Assembly (NCBI GenBank): GCA_007376135.1
Contig: VMFR01000001.1
Span: 379,016 to 443,015 of the forward strand
Origin: Parcubacteria group bacterium Gr01-1014_31
Lineage (GTDB): Bacteria > Patescibacteriota > Patescibacteriia > Buchananbacterales > GWA2-38-13
Reading direction: 5' to 3'
Length of the DNA stretch: 64,000 nucleotides
The notes beneath the pieces are model-generated. The model saw nothing but the letters and a program-made list of their open reading frames with translations. It made no database searches and was not told the origin of the DNA. Numbering within the stretch: the stretch's first letter is position 1; each line of letters starts with the position of its first letter. Shown one piece after another: positions 32,214-42,209 of this stretch. The position numbers and the translations under genes are program-made.

Positions 32214-33373
32214 GGCGTTGGTGCGGTCAGCTCGCGCCAGAACTGGGTGACGGCGCGCAAGCTGGTGGCGCCATCGAACCGCTCGGCCACGAGCGCCTGG
32301 CCGCGCTCGCCCATCGCGCGCGCCAGGTCGGGATTTTCCAGCAGGTGAACGATCTTTTCCGCCAGCGCTTCGGGGTCCCCGATCGGCGCCAGGTACCCGT
32401 TCACGCCGGGCCGCACGATCTCCTTGCTCCCGGTGGTGTCGGTCGCGACGAGCGGCACGCCGGCGGCGTTCGCCTCGATGAGCACTTTACCGAAACTCTC
32501 ATGCCGCGAAGAGGAGACAAAGACGTTGGCGGCATGGTAGGCCGCGATCAATTGGTCCTGCGGCAGACGGGCGCGGGCGCTGACCGTGAGGCGGGCGGAC
32601 GGCGATGCGATCTTGGCGGCGATATCCTCGGCCGGCAAGCCCGCGCCCAACTGCGCCAGATGCACCACGCCCTCGTAGCGACGGCACACGGCAGCGATCG
32701 CCGCAAAGAGCGTCGGGTAATCCTTGGCGGGGTCATTGCGCCCGACCGACAGCAGCACCTTGGCGCCGTCCGGGATGCCATGTTCGCGCCGGAACTGGGC
32801 CACCGCCTCCGGCGCGACCGCGCTGAATTTACTCGCGTCCACGGGCGTGGGAATGACGCGGATGCGGTTGCGCGGGATGCCGAAACGCACCAGCTTGTCG
32901 GCGATGCCCTGGCTGACGGCGCGCAGCCCGTCAGCCTGGCGCACCACGGACTTCGCGAACGGCAGGAGAAACCGGTTCATCACGGCATCGGCCATCCAGT
33001 GGGGATTGTCAAAAAAATCGCCGTGGAAATGCACCAACAGCTTGCTGGCATGACGGCGCTTCATATGCGCGCCGATCAGTCCGGTCAGGAACGGGTCCTG
33101 CGTCACGACCAGGTCGTAGTTATGCCGGGCAAACAGCCCATCCGCCAGCCGGATACCGTCGGTCAAATAGAGCCAAGGTGAAATGGAATTCGTGGGGTGC
33201 GTTTGCACGTTCGGGGAGAGCGCGAACGGCGCACAACCCCGGCCGGACAGCACAACAATATCGAGCCGCTCTACTCCCGGTTGTTCTCCGTAGGCGCGGT
33301 GGCGGGCAACCACGTCGCCCAGCTGTCCCCGACCCAATAGTCCCTTGTCCAGACTCACCATGAGGATCTTCAT
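32210..33373 (-). CDS. Glycosyltransferase family 4
   Basis: ESFGKVLIEANAAGVPLVATDTTGSKEIV. Confidence 0.75.
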   Translation of the reverse strand: MKILMVSLDKGLLGRGQLGDVVARHRAYGEQPGVERLDIVVLSGRGCAPFALSPNVQTHPTNSISPWLYLTDGIRLADGLFARHNYDLVVTQDPFLTGLIGAHMKRRHASKLLVHFHGDFFDNPHWMADAVMNRFLLPFAKSVVRQADGLRAVSQGIADKLVRFGIPRNRIRVIPTPVDASKFSAVAPEAVAQFRREHGIPDGAKVLLSVGRNDPAKDYPTLFAAIAAVCRRYEGVVHLAQLGAGLPAEDIAAKIASPSARLTVSARARLPQDQLIAAYHAANVFVSSSRHESFGKVLIEANAAGVPLVATDTTGSKEIVRPGVNGYLAPIGDPEALAEKIVHLLENPDLARAMGERGQALVAERFDGATSLRAVTQFWRELTAPTP

Positions 33374-34542
33374 AGGCGCTCCAACTGAACAACCGTTGCC
33401 TCCAGCATGGCGGGCAGCGAAAATTTCTTCAACTCCTCCTGCGCCCGCTGCGCCAACGAAGCATACGCCCGGCGGTCCTGCGCCAGCGCCGCGATGGCCT
33501 GTTTGATCTTTCCCACGTCATTATACGGGATCAGCACACCCGTTTCCCCATCCCGGATCAATTCGCGGTTACCGCCGACCGTGGTCGTGATGACCGGCAC
33601 GCCGGCGTACATTGCCTCCAGGATGATGTGCGAGAGCCCCTCGTACGCGGTATTGAGCACGAACGCGTCGGCCGCCCGCAGCCAGTCGAAAACACGGCTA
33701 CTGTTCGTTACGCCAAGGCCGACGATCCTGCGTTCGGTCAACGCCAGGTCGGGCGCGTCGGCATCCGCCATCATCGCGCGTAGTTCCTCGTCGGTGATGC
33801 CGATACACACCAGCCGGATATTCCGGCCGGCGATCAGCAATTCCGCCACGGCGCGACCGAGCGCCCCGAACCCCTTCCACGGCACGGGGCGTCCGACGCT
33901 GACCACCAGCGTGTCGTTTGCAGCAATGTTGAACTGGGCGCGCAATTGATCCTTATCGCCCGCGACGATCGGAAAACTCGGCGCATTGTACACCACGGCG
34001 ATCCTTTCGTCCGGCACGCCCCAGCCGCGCACGATCGTTTTCAAAAACACGCTGGGGGTGATGACCAGGTCGGCATGGCGGCACACCAGGCGTTCGATGA
34101 ACCGCAGAAGCGCGTATTTCCCGCGGACCGACTGACGCTGGAATTCCTCGATGAACGCGCCCGTCGCGCCGGCGCGAAACGCCTGCTCCCAGGCGTAATC
34201 ACCCGTCACCTTGACCACCAATTTCTTGCGCCGAAGTTTGGTAACCACCAGCGCCGGCAGCCCGGAGCTGACCGTCCCCTGGGCGTACACGGCGCGAAAA
34301 TGCTTCGCCTCTTTCCAGATGGTAAAAAAATACCGGCAGTAGCGGGCCAGGGGCCCGCCGCGACGCGGCACGGCAATGACCGGGTCGGGGTACTCCCCCG
34401 CCACCTGGTCGGCATAGCAGACGACCGTCACCTCCCAGCCGAGGGCAGGCAGTTCGCGCGCCAATGTCGCCGCGTACGTCGCCGGCCCGCCGATGGCCGG
34501 CGGGAAGATCTCTGCGGCGATAAGAAGCCGGTGATCGCTCAT
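33370..34542 (-). CDS. Glycosyltransferase family 4
   Basis: EGLSHIILEAMYAGVPVITTTVGGNRELI. Confidence 0.75.
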   Translation of the reverse strand: MSDHRLLIAAEIFPPAIGGPATYAATLARELPALGWEVTVVCYADQVAGEYPDPVIAVPRRGGPLARYCRYFFTIWKEAKHFRAVYAQGTVSSGLPALVVTKLRRKKLVVKVTGDYAWEQAFRAGATGAFIEEFQRQSVRGKYALLRFIERLVCRHADLVITPSVFLKTIVRGWGVPDERIAVVYNAPSFPIVAGDKDQLRAQFNIAANDTLVVSVGRPVPWKGFGALGRAVAELLIAGRNIRLVCIGITDEELRAMMADADAPDLALTERRIVGLGVTNSSRVFDWLRAADAFVLNTAYEGLSHIILEAMYAGVPVITTTVGGNRELIRDGETGVLIPYNDVGKIKQAIAALAQDRRAYASLAQRAQEELKKFSLPAMLEATVVQLERL

Positions 34543-35681
34543 GGTCGTGCAAGAGATTGAAAAATATCGCCCATCTGCCGGGCAACATGGTCCCAGTCGT
34601 AGCGGCGGGCGGTTTCGCGACCGCTGTTGATCAGCCGCTCGCGTAAAAATCGCTCGTTGATGGCGCGGGAGAGCGCCGTCGACAGCATCGCGGGGTCATC
34701 GGGCGCGACCAATAATCCGTTCCTTTCGTGCTCCATGAAATCCGGAATGCCGCCGACGGGGGTCGCGACGACCGGCAGGCCGGCAGCCATCGCCTCGACG
34801 AATACGTTGCCGAATCCCTCGGTCCGCGAAGGCCGGCAAAACACGTGCGCGACCGACAACAGCGATGGCAGCTGGTCGTGGCTGACCTGACCGGCGAACC
34901 GGACCTGCGGCGCGATCCCCAGGGTTTCGGCCTGACGGCGCAGCGTCGCTTCCATCTGACCGGTGCCAGCGACCACCAGCGTCACCATTTCCCCGCGCCC
35001 CTTGAGCTGCGCCACTGCGGCGATGAGGTCGTCAACTGCGTTCTTGGCGACCAGCCGCGAGACGGTCACCACCACCGACTCGCTGCCCGACAGTTGCAAC
35101 CGTCGCAGCCAGGCTTCCCGCTCGACATTTGGGACCGCCCGGCTGAAGTGCGCCCCATCGACGCCGTTGGGAACGACCGTTACCTGGCGCGCACCGTAGC
35201 GCTTGGCCCGGTCCGCCAGATACCGGCTGATGGCAGAAACGGCGTCCGCCCGGCGGTAGATCTGCCGGTAGCGCCGGGCCCAAAACCAGGTACGGCGCCG
35301 AATGAACGCTTCGCTGTCGCCGCTCTGTTCCGACAGCACGTACGGCACCTGCGGGAAACGCTCTTTGAATTTCAACGCCGCCCAACCGCCCCAGCTGCCC
35401 ATCATTCCCCAGCACAACAAGAACGGCGCATGGACCTGCACCTCAGCTGCCGCGGCCATTGCCAGCCAAGGGTAGCGGTACTTATCCCAACGCGTACCGC
35501 GGCCGACCCGAACCACCGTCACGGCGCCGATCTGTTCGCGCGCCGGTAGGTCCGGCCGCAGACGGGCCGTGAAGACCGTCCAGGCATACTGCGGCAAACG
35601 CCGCGCGATCTGGTCGATCGCAACCTCCGCCCCGCCGACGAACGGCGGGTACGTCAAACTGAATACGGCAACGCGGGACAT
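34539..35681 (-). CDS. Glycosyltransferase family 4
   Basis: EGFGNVFVEAMAAGLPVVATPVGGIPDFM. Confidence 0.75.
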   Translation of the reverse strand: MSRVAVFSLTYPPFVGGAEVAIDQIARRLPQYAWTVFTARLRPDLPAREQIGAVTVVRVGRGTRWDKYRYPWLAMAAAAEVQVHAPFLLCWGMMGSWGGWAALKFKERFPQVPYVLSEQSGDSEAFIRRRTWFWARRYRQIYRRADAVSAISRYLADRAKRYGARQVTVVPNGVDGAHFSRAVPNVEREAWLRRLQLSGSESVVVTVSRLVAKNAVDDLIAAVAQLKGRGEMVTLVVAGTGQMEATLRRQAETLGIAPQVRFAGQVSHDQLPSLLSVAHVFCRPSRTEGFGNVFVEAMAAGLPVVATPVGGIPDFMEHERNGLLVAPDDPAMLSTALSRAINERFLRERLINSGRETARRYDWDHVARQMGDIFQSLARP

Positions 35682-35738
35682 CGTTGGCGCTTAGGGCTTG
35701 GGAATAAATAACTTGCGCAAGTCGCGCCCAGCGTGCGG

Positions 35739-37022
35739 TCAGATTTCGTCGCTCCGACCGAGCGGAACCGGAAACGTAGCCGCGCTACGGTGAGGATTGC
35801 GCGACCGCCTGCACACCGCGGCGAGCTTGGACGGCGGAAGTTCCAAAAAAACGCGGTGTGGGCTCACCACGACCACGGCGTCAAAACGAAGCGCGGTCTT
35901 CCTTGGATCGGCCACGCCCGCGATCCCCGGGTGGTGGGACAGCTCCTGTTCGGTCAGCAGCGGATCGTAGGCATACACCTTGGCCTTCAGCTTGGCAAAA
36001 CCTTCGACCAACTCGAACGCCCGACTGTTGCGCGTGTCATTGACGTTCTCCTTGAAGGTCAGCCCGAGCATCAGGACCATGGCGTCGCCAATACCGCGGC
36101 CGGCGGCATGCAGCATCGTCACCACCTGGCGCACGATGAACTTGGGCATGTAGTTATTGATCTCGCGCGCGCCCAGAATGAGTTTTGGTTCCAGCCCCTT
36201 GCGCAGCGCTTCATGCACCAGATAGTACGGGTCCACCGCGATGCAGTGGCCGCCCACCAGCCCGGGCGTGAACCGCTGGAAATTCCACTTGGTCGCCGCC
36301 GCCGCGATGACGTCGCGCGTGTCCAGTCCAAGCTTGTCGAATACCAGGGCGAGCTCGTTCATCAGGGCGATGTTGACGTCGCGCTGGATATTTTCCACCA
36401 CCTTGGCTGCTTCCGCGACCTTGATTCCCGGCGCGCGGTAGACCGTGGTGATCTGGCCGTAGACGGCCGCGATCCGTTCCAACGCCGCCGCATCGCGGCC
36501 CGCGACGATCTTCACGATACGATCGATGGCATGCTCGCGGTCGCCCGGGTTGACGCGCTCGGGGGAATAGCCGAGCTGGAAATCCTTGTCCGCGGTGAAC
36601 CCCGACTCCCGTTCCAGGATCGGCAGGCAGATATCCTCCGTGCAGCCCGGGTGCACCGTGCTCTCGTAGACCACCATCGCCCCGCGCTGCAAATACTTGC
36701 CGACCATGGCCGAGGCCTGCTCGACAAAACTGAAGTCCGGCACGTTGTTGACCGTCACGGGGGTCGGCACCGCGATGATGATGAAACTGGCCTTGGCAAT
36801 AACCGCAGGGTCGGCGCTGAACTGTACCGCGCATTCCTTCAGATCGCCGACCTCGCCGGTCGGGTCAATGCCCTGGCGGAGCTTGGCGATCTTTTCCTTA
36901 TTGCTGTCATACCCGTGCACCTTGAACTTACGGGAAAGCAGGGACGCCAGCGGCAGCCCGACGTAGCCCAAACCGACCACGCACACGGTTTCCGGTCCTC
37001 GCTGCGGTGGATTTTTTGGCAT
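35739..37022 (-). CDS. Nucleotide-sugar 6-dehydrogenase (UDP-glucose / UDP-GlcNAc 6-dehydrogenase, TviB/WbpA/Ugd family)
   Basis: VCVVGLGYVGLPLASLL...VHGYDSNKEKIAKLRQGIDP...IIIAVPTPV. ORF-track start 37133 is a spurious extension; ATG 37022 (MPKNPPQRG) is preferred. Confidence 0.85.
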   Translation of the reverse strand: MPKNPPQRGPETVCVVGLGYVGLPLASLLSRKFKVHGYDSNKEKIAKLRQGIDPTGEVGDLKECAVQFSADPAVIAKASFIIIAVPTPVTVNNVPDFSFVEQASAMVGKYLQRGAMVVYESTVHPGCTEDICLPILERESGFTADKDFQLGYSPERVNPGDREHAIDRIVKIVAGRDAAALERIAAVYGQITTVYRAPGIKVAEAAKVVENIQRDVNIALMNELALVFDKLGLDTRDVIAAAATKWNFQRFTPGLVGGHCIAVDPYYLVHEALRKGLEPKLILGAREINNYMPKFIVRQVVTMLHAAGRGIGDAMVLMLGLTFKENVNDTRNSRAFELVEGFAKLKAKVYAYDPLLTEQELSHHPGIAGVADPRKTALRFDAVVVVSPHRVFLELPPSKLAAVCRRSRNPHRSAATFPVPLGRSDEI

Positions 37023-37046
37023 ATACAAAAAAGGCTTTTCGGCCAA

Positions 37047-37076
37047 ACTATACCACAAAACCGATAAGTTTTGCAA
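37047..37076 (-). promoter_or_regulatory. Sigma70-like promoter (TTGCAA-N18-TATAGT) upstream of the sugar dehydrogenase gene
   Basis: Minus-strand reading cTTGCAAaacttatcggttttgtggTATAGTttgg, about 25 nt upstream of ATG 37022. Confidence 0.4.
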
Positions 37077-37093
37077 GATTAAGCCGAAATCAG

Positions 37094-37127
37094 AAAACCG
37101 CCGCCCACGGGATATGGACGGCGGCTC
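37094..37127 (-). terminator. Probable rho-independent terminator after the 700-aa hypothetical gene
   Basis: Minus-strand reading CCGCCG...(14 nt)...CGGCGG followed by TTTT. Confidence 0.35.
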
Positions 37128-37144
37128 ATTCATCCTCCCACTAC

Positions 37145-39247
37145 CTATGGTGACCCAAATCCACCAAAGCCTCCGCTCGGCGGCTGAAACCCTGGTCCCA
37201 TAGTATTGCCCGGCATGCCAGTATTCCCAAACCCTTCCGTCGGAGCAAGCCCCTCGGGGGCTGCGCCGCTCCTGCTAGGACCGCGGAATGCATCGGGCAC
37301 ATCGTACTGATACGGCTTTTCATTGACCTTTATCTCCGTTTCGTACTCATGCAGACCGGTGATCTCCGCCAGAGCGTCGCGGAGTTCCTCGCGGGTCAGG
37401 TACACATCCTCCACCAGCGCCACCAGATCTTCGCCGCTCGCACCGTCTTTGAGCGCCTGCTGCACGGCCGCAATATCTTCCTTGAGCTGGGCAACGAGCG
37501 CTTTCGCCGCACTGACATCTTCGCCCTTTTTCTCGTAGCCGGTCAGCTGCCGTTCAATGGTGCGCAGTTCGCGGTTCAAAACCGTCATCCCCTGCCGGGC
37601 GTTGAGTGCGGCCTCCACCGCCGCAAGGGTATTGTGCGCCTCCTCCACTGCCGCGTGGAACTCATCCAACGAGTCTTCCGCTTTCTCCACGTCGGTCGTC
37701 GCCAGCCCCGGGAGCTGGTCGGCCAGTTGCTGGGCGGCGTTCATTTTCTCTTCCGCGGCCTTGGCCAGCGCGATAACCGAGTCGTTCTTGCTGCGCTGGG
37801 CTTTGCCGTTGACGGTCTTGAACCGCCGCTGCAGGTTCTTCATCACCGTCTTTACCCGCTTGAGCTGCTCGCAGACCATGATGCGCTGCGGTATCTCCTC
37901 ACCCGCCTGTTGCATCCGCTCGCCGGCTTCCTGCGCCGTTTCCATCGCCTCCATGACCTCGTCAAAGCTCTGCGCAGCTTTGATCTTCGGAATGGCCTGT
38001 TCCATGGCGGCAAGTGCTTCCTCCAGCCCTTCCGGGAGCGACATCTTGCAGGCCTGCAGTTTCTTAACCGCCAGCCTCATCCCTTGGCGCATGAACTTCA
38101 CCCCCTGCTGCATACCCTTGGCTCCCTGCTGCATCTGCTTAAGTTGGTCGGTCTGCATGCGCTGGAAATCCTCTTCGCTCGGTCCCTGGAATCCCGGCCC
38201 GCCGGGACCAAACCCACCGGGACCTCCCGGACCGCCCGGGAACTGTCCCGGTTGCCCCTGAAATCCGCCGGGGGCTTGCCCCGGATACTGACTGCCAGGG
38301 CTGCCGGGAGGAGTGCTGCCGCCGCAATCCTTGGGACAATTCGACTGATTTTCACCCTTCCCCTCATCGCACATCGTATCGCCGCAGATCAACACCTGGC
38401 CGCCCTGACCCAGCAAGGGTATTTGACCGCTGCGCAGCTGTAGGCAGCCGCCGTTCGGGTCACGATAGCCGTTCTCGCCGCACGCGGGGTCGGCGAACAG
38501 CGTGCCGATGCTACCCCCGGGCGGAGGTGTCTGGTACTGGCCCCCGAAGGTCGGCTGCGAATACGGACTTCCCGACGGTATCGCAGCGCCGGAAGGGTAC
38601 GGGCTACCGCCGGGCATCGGGGGTTGCGGGTACGAACCCTCGGGCGGCATCGGGTAATAGTCTGGCGGGGGCGGTGGCACGGGGTAATCACCCGGGGTCG
38701 GCGTTGGTGATGGCGTCGCCTGGCTATCCTGGGCCAGCAGCGTGCTTACGCCGCGTACCTGCCCAAGCCTGGTACCGAGCACCTGGTAATCGACGGAGGA
38801 GCGGTTCTCCTCCGACTGCTGGGCAACGGCGATCCGCAACGACTGCCCGTCCCGCGCCCACAACGCTTCCGTGTCCTGCTGCACCACCGGTTCCCAACAA
38901 TCCGCCGCCAGCTCCGCCGCATAGTAGGCCATCACCTGCTCGGCCTGGGAGCGTACGGTGTACTGGCTGAAGCCACCGCCTTGATAATTCAACCGGACCG
39001 CATCCGGCAACCGCGGTACGGCAACCCCTAGGCCGCCGACGGTCAGTCCCTGCGTTGACCTGGGTACGCACACCCGCTCGGCCACGGCTGCAGGTTCAGG
39101 ACGGAAGAACACCAGGACGAACACGCGCGGACGGCTCGCGCTGGCATGGTCGGCGGCCGTCATCCCCATGGAGATGGTGATAACCGCGAGACCAACCGCC
39201 GCAACCACCCCCATATAGGCCTTCAGCAATACGTGCGTCCCGTGCAT
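37145..39247 (-). CDS. Secreted/membrane-anchored modular protein of unknown function (Pro-rich linker, 8-Cys module, Gly/Pro-rich segments, long coiled-coil)
   Basis: N-terminal hydrophobic anchor; PSPTPTPGDYPVPPPPPDYYPMPP; CGENGYRDPNGGCLQ...ICGDTMCDEGKGENQSNCPKDCGG; then about 300 aa of helical heptad-like Ala/Glu/Gln/Lys-rich sequence; G/P-rich C-terminus. Confidence 0.5.
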   Translation of the reverse strand: MHGTHVLLKAYMGVVAAVGLAVITISMGMTAADHASASRPRVFVLVFFRPEPAAVAERVCVPRSTQGLTVGGLGVAVPRLPDAVRLNYQGGGFSQYTVRSQAEQVMAYYAAELAADCWEPVVQQDTEALWARDGQSLRIAVAQQSEENRSSVDYQVLGTRLGQVRGVSTLLAQDSQATPSPTPTPGDYPVPPPPPDYYPMPPEGSYPQPPMPGGSPYPSGAAIPSGSPYSQPTFGGQYQTPPPGGSIGTLFADPACGENGYRDPNGGCLQLRSGQIPLLGQGGQVLICGDTMCDEGKGENQSNCPKDCGGSTPPGSPGSQYPGQAPGGFQGQPGQFPGGPGGPGGFGPGGPGFQGPSEEDFQRMQTDQLKQMQQGAKGMQQGVKFMRQGMRLAVKKLQACKMSLPEGLEEALAAMEQAIPKIKAAQSFDEVMEAMETAQEAGERMQQAGEEIPQRIMVCEQLKRVKTVMKNLQRRFKTVNGKAQRSKNDSVIALAKAAEEKMNAAQQLADQLPGLATTDVEKAEDSLDEFHAAVEEAHNTLAAVEAALNARQGMTVLNRELRTIERQLTGYEKKGEDVSAAKALVAQLKEDIAAVQQALKDGASGEDLVALVEDVYLTREELRDALAEITGLHEYETEIKVNEKPYQYDVPDAFRGPSRSGAAPEGLAPTEGFGNTGMPGNTMGPGFQPPSGGFGGFGSP

Positions 39248-39497
39248 AAAAAAATTGCGAAAAACAAAACCCCCGCCAATAGCAGGGGTCTATTTAAAGA
39301 CAGCGAAAGACAAGGTGTATACTGCAGCAAGGCACTGTGGATAACCACCTTGCATAAATTTAATTACAGTATAGCATTTTTTTTCACCGCATAGTAGCGA
39401 AGCTACGCGAATAATTACGCCATATTTTTCCTCTCACGGATACCGCTGCCAGCTCTTACGGTCCGGCCGCGCCCGTGCGATACTACCTCTATCGATT

Positions 39498-40649
39498 ATG
39501 CCTGCAAAGATCCTCTTCGTCGTCACCCAGTCGGAAATGGGCGGCGCTCAGCGGTATGTGCGCGACCTGGCAACTGCGCTGGGCCGCCATGACTTTATGG
39601 TCGGCGTTGCCGCAGGCGAGGGCGGCCCGTTGCTCGCCCAGCTGGCGGCAGTGAACGTCGCTACGTTCCCGCTCAAACACTTGCAGCGGCGTATCGCGCC
39701 GTTCAATGACCTCAAGGCCGTCGCGGAGCTTGCCAATCTCATCAAACGCTGGCAGCCCGACCTGGTCCACCTCAACTCATCCAAAGCGGGGGTGATCGGC
39801 GGACTGGCAGCCCGACGCTCCGGCACGCGCTGCCGGGTCGTCTATACGGCGCATGGATTCGTTTTTAATGAACCGCTCCCCGGGTGGCAACGCGTGCTCT
39901 ACCGGGTGGCGGAACGTCGCAGCGCATCGTGGAAGGATGTCATCCTGTGCGTTTCGGAAGCCGACCGGCAATCGGCCATTGCCGCCCGCATTGCTCCGCC
40001 CGGCAAGCTCGTCACCATCCACCTCGGCATTGGCGCTGCTGCCGGAGAGCGTGCACCGGCTGAAGCCCGCGATCGTTTGCGGGAACGGGGGGTCCCGCCG
40101 GAAGGCTTGCTGGTCGGCACCATCGCCCACCTCTATCCGACCAAGGGTTTGTTGGATCTCATTTCCGCTGCTGCGCAAACGGTCCGCCAAACCCCGGCAA
40201 CGTTTCTCATCATCGGCGAAGGTACACAACGCACTCTCCTGACCGAAAAGATCCGCGCCGCGGGGCTGCAACGTTCCGTGCTGCTGCTGGGAGAGATCCC
40301 CGATGCGGCTCGCCTGTTGCCGGCCATAGACGTCTACGCCAGCTCGTCGGTCAAAGAAGGATTCCCGTACGCGCTCTTGGAAGCGATGCTTGCGGCGCGA
40401 GCGATCGTGGCCACCGCGGTCGGCGGCGTGCCGGAAATGATCGGAGACAACCAGCACGGCCTGCTGGTACCCGCCGGCAACCCGGCCGCGCTCGCTGCCG
40501 TCGTCGCACGACTCTTGAGATCACCGGAAGAACGCGAACGCCTGGGCCAGGCCGCCCTGAATCGCGTCCGGCAAACCTTCACCCTGGACTCCATGGTGGA
40601 GGCGACCGTCAGCGCCTACCGCATCCTGCTGCCGCGGTCGACGCGATGA
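39498..40649 (+). CDS. Glycosyltransferase family 4
   Basis: MPAKILFVVTQSEMGGAQRYV... EGFPYALLEAMLAARAIVATAVGGVPEMI. Confidence 0.8.
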   Translation: MPAKILFVVTQSEMGGAQRYVRDLATALGRHDFMVGVAAGEGGPLLAQLAAVNVATFPLKHLQRRIAPFNDLKAVAELANLIKRWQPDLVHLNSSKAGVIGGLAARRSGTRCRVVYTAHGFVFNEPLPGWQRVLYRVAERRSASWKDVILCVSEADRQSAIAARIAPPGKLVTIHLGIGAAAGERAPAEARDRLRERGVPPEGLLVGTIAHLYPTKGLLDLISAAAQTVRQTPATFLIIGEGTQRTLLTEKIRAAGLQRSVLLLGEIPDAARLLPAIDVYASSSVKEGFPYALLEAMLAARAIVATAVGGVPEMIGDNQHGLLVPAGNPAALAAVVARLLRSPEERERLGQAALNRVRQTFTLDSMVEATVSAYRILLPRSTR

Positions 40650-40728
40650 ATTACCACCCCGCAAGCGGGCGGGTAGGCTGGAGGTGGGAAAATAAAAAAC
40701 CCGGCCGTCAGGCCGGGCGCGATGGTCC

Positions 40729-41451
40729 TCACTTCCCTTCCCGCCGGTAGCGCCACAATAGCCACAACGCCTGGACGCCGTCGCGCCAGGTGATCTTTTT
40801 GCCCTGAGAGAACCGCCGCGGATGGTAGCTGATGGGCACCTCCACCAAACGGAACTTGCGCTGCAGCACGCGGGCGGTGAATTCCACTTCAAAATCAAAA
40901 CGGTCGGCGTGGAGCTCCAGCCCATCCGCCAGCTCGCGCCGAAAAGCCTTAAAACCCGTCTCCACGTCGTGCACGCGGCGATAGAACAGCAGGCTGCACC
41001 ACCAGGAAATGAAAAAATTGCCGAACCAATACCGCCAGTAGCCGACGGGGTTGCCGTCGTGCATGCGATTGCCGTAAACTACGTCGGCGTAGCCCTCACG
41101 CAGCGGCGCAATCAACTGGTCGTGCTCCTGCGGGTCATACTCGGCGTCCGCGTCCTGGATAACGAGGTACTGCCCGCGGGCGGCCGCAATTCCCGTGCGC
41201 AACGCCGCACCCTTGCCGCGGTTCTTCTCATGAACGTACAGCCGCAGTATACCGCGCGACGCCGACTCTTGCAGCACCGCGCGACTGCCGTCCGTTGAAC
41301 CATCGTCCACGGCAACGAGCTCGAACGCGGGCCCATGCCGGTAGGCGCGCTGCAACGCCTCGATGGTCGCGCCCACGGTTGCCGCCTCGTTATAGACGGG
41401 CATGACCACGGTGACGACCGGAGCGACGGGTAACGGAGATTTCTGCTGCAT
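40729..41451 (-). CDS. Glycosyltransferase family 2 (soluble)
   Basis: VVTVVMPVYNEAATV...VAVDDGSTDGS...LVIQDADAEYDPQE. Confidence 0.8.
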   Translation of the reverse strand: MQQKSPLPVAPVVTVVMPVYNEAATVGATIEALQRAYRHGPAFELVAVDDGSTDGSRAVLQESASRGILRLYVHEKNRGKGAALRTGIAAARGQYLVIQDADAEYDPQEHDQLIAPLREGYADVVYGNRMHDGNPVGYWRYWFGNFFISWWCSLLFYRRVHDVETGFKAFRRELADGLELHADRFDFEVEFTARVLQRKFRLVEVPISYHPRRFSQGKKITWRDGVQALWLLWRYRREGK

Positions 41452-41465
41452 GCGGTCACGAACAA

Positions 41466-42209
41466 CTAGCGGCTGTCACGGTACTGGCGGTATTCTTGCT
41501 GCACGGCAGCATCGTTGGGGGTGAGGCGCAAGGCCTGTTGGTAGTACGCCAAGGCCTTGGCGCGCTCCCCGATCTGGGCGGCGTGGCGCGCGGCGCGTAA
41601 TGGCAGTTCTACCCGCGCGGGGTTCGCAGCGATCCCTTCGTCAATGACGGCGAACGCCTTGTCCTGGTCGTTGATCTTGTACCGGTAGAGGTCGAACAGG
41701 TTGGCCCAGAAAAAGGTGTTGCGGTCCTCACCGGCGGAATTGCTGATGGCCTGACGGTAGGCGGCCTCCGCCTGCACCGGGTCATAGAGAAAATTCGTGT
41801 ACAGGTCGCCCAGATTATTGAAGGACAAGCTGTTGGCCGGCCGTATTTGGCCGGCGTAATCCCACACCTCGGCCGCGCCCTCGAAATCGCCCATCGCCTT
41901 TTTGATGCCGCCGATGGTTATCCAGCCGTCGAAAAAATCCGGGTCCTCCCGCAACATTTTGACGGCCGAATCGAACACCCCCCGCTCGCGCTCCACCACA
42001 ATTGGGTCGATGTTCTTACTAACCACCTTGAAGGTGAAATAGCGTTCCAAGCCGGTGGGGGTCGGCGTCGCGGTGGGCACGGGCCCGCCACCAGACAGCG
42101 AGAACCGCAGCACAAACACCAGCACGATGAGGCCGATGCCGATACCGACGGCGACCAGCTTGCCGTTGCCGCGGGAAGCGTTGGGAACGGACGTTTCGTT
42201 GTTCGTCAT
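41466..42209 (-). CDS. TPR-repeat protein with N-terminal membrane anchor
   Basis: LVAVGIGIGLIVLVFVL TM segment; TPR-like AEAAYRQAISN, KALAYYQQALRLTPNDAAV. 4-nt overlap with the downstream GT-C gene. Confidence 0.55.
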   Translation of the reverse strand: MTNNETSVPNASRGNGKLVAVGIGIGLIVLVFVLRFSLSGGGPVPTATPTPTGLERYFTFKVVSKNIDPIVVERERGVFDSAVKMLREDPDFFDGWITIGGIKKAMGDFEGAAEVWDYAGQIRPANSLSFNNLGDLYTNFLYDPVQAEAAYRQAISNSAGEDRNTFFWANLFDLYRYKINDQDKAFAVIDEGIAANPARVELPLRAARHAAQIGERAKALAYYQQALRLTPNDAAVQQEYRQYRDSR

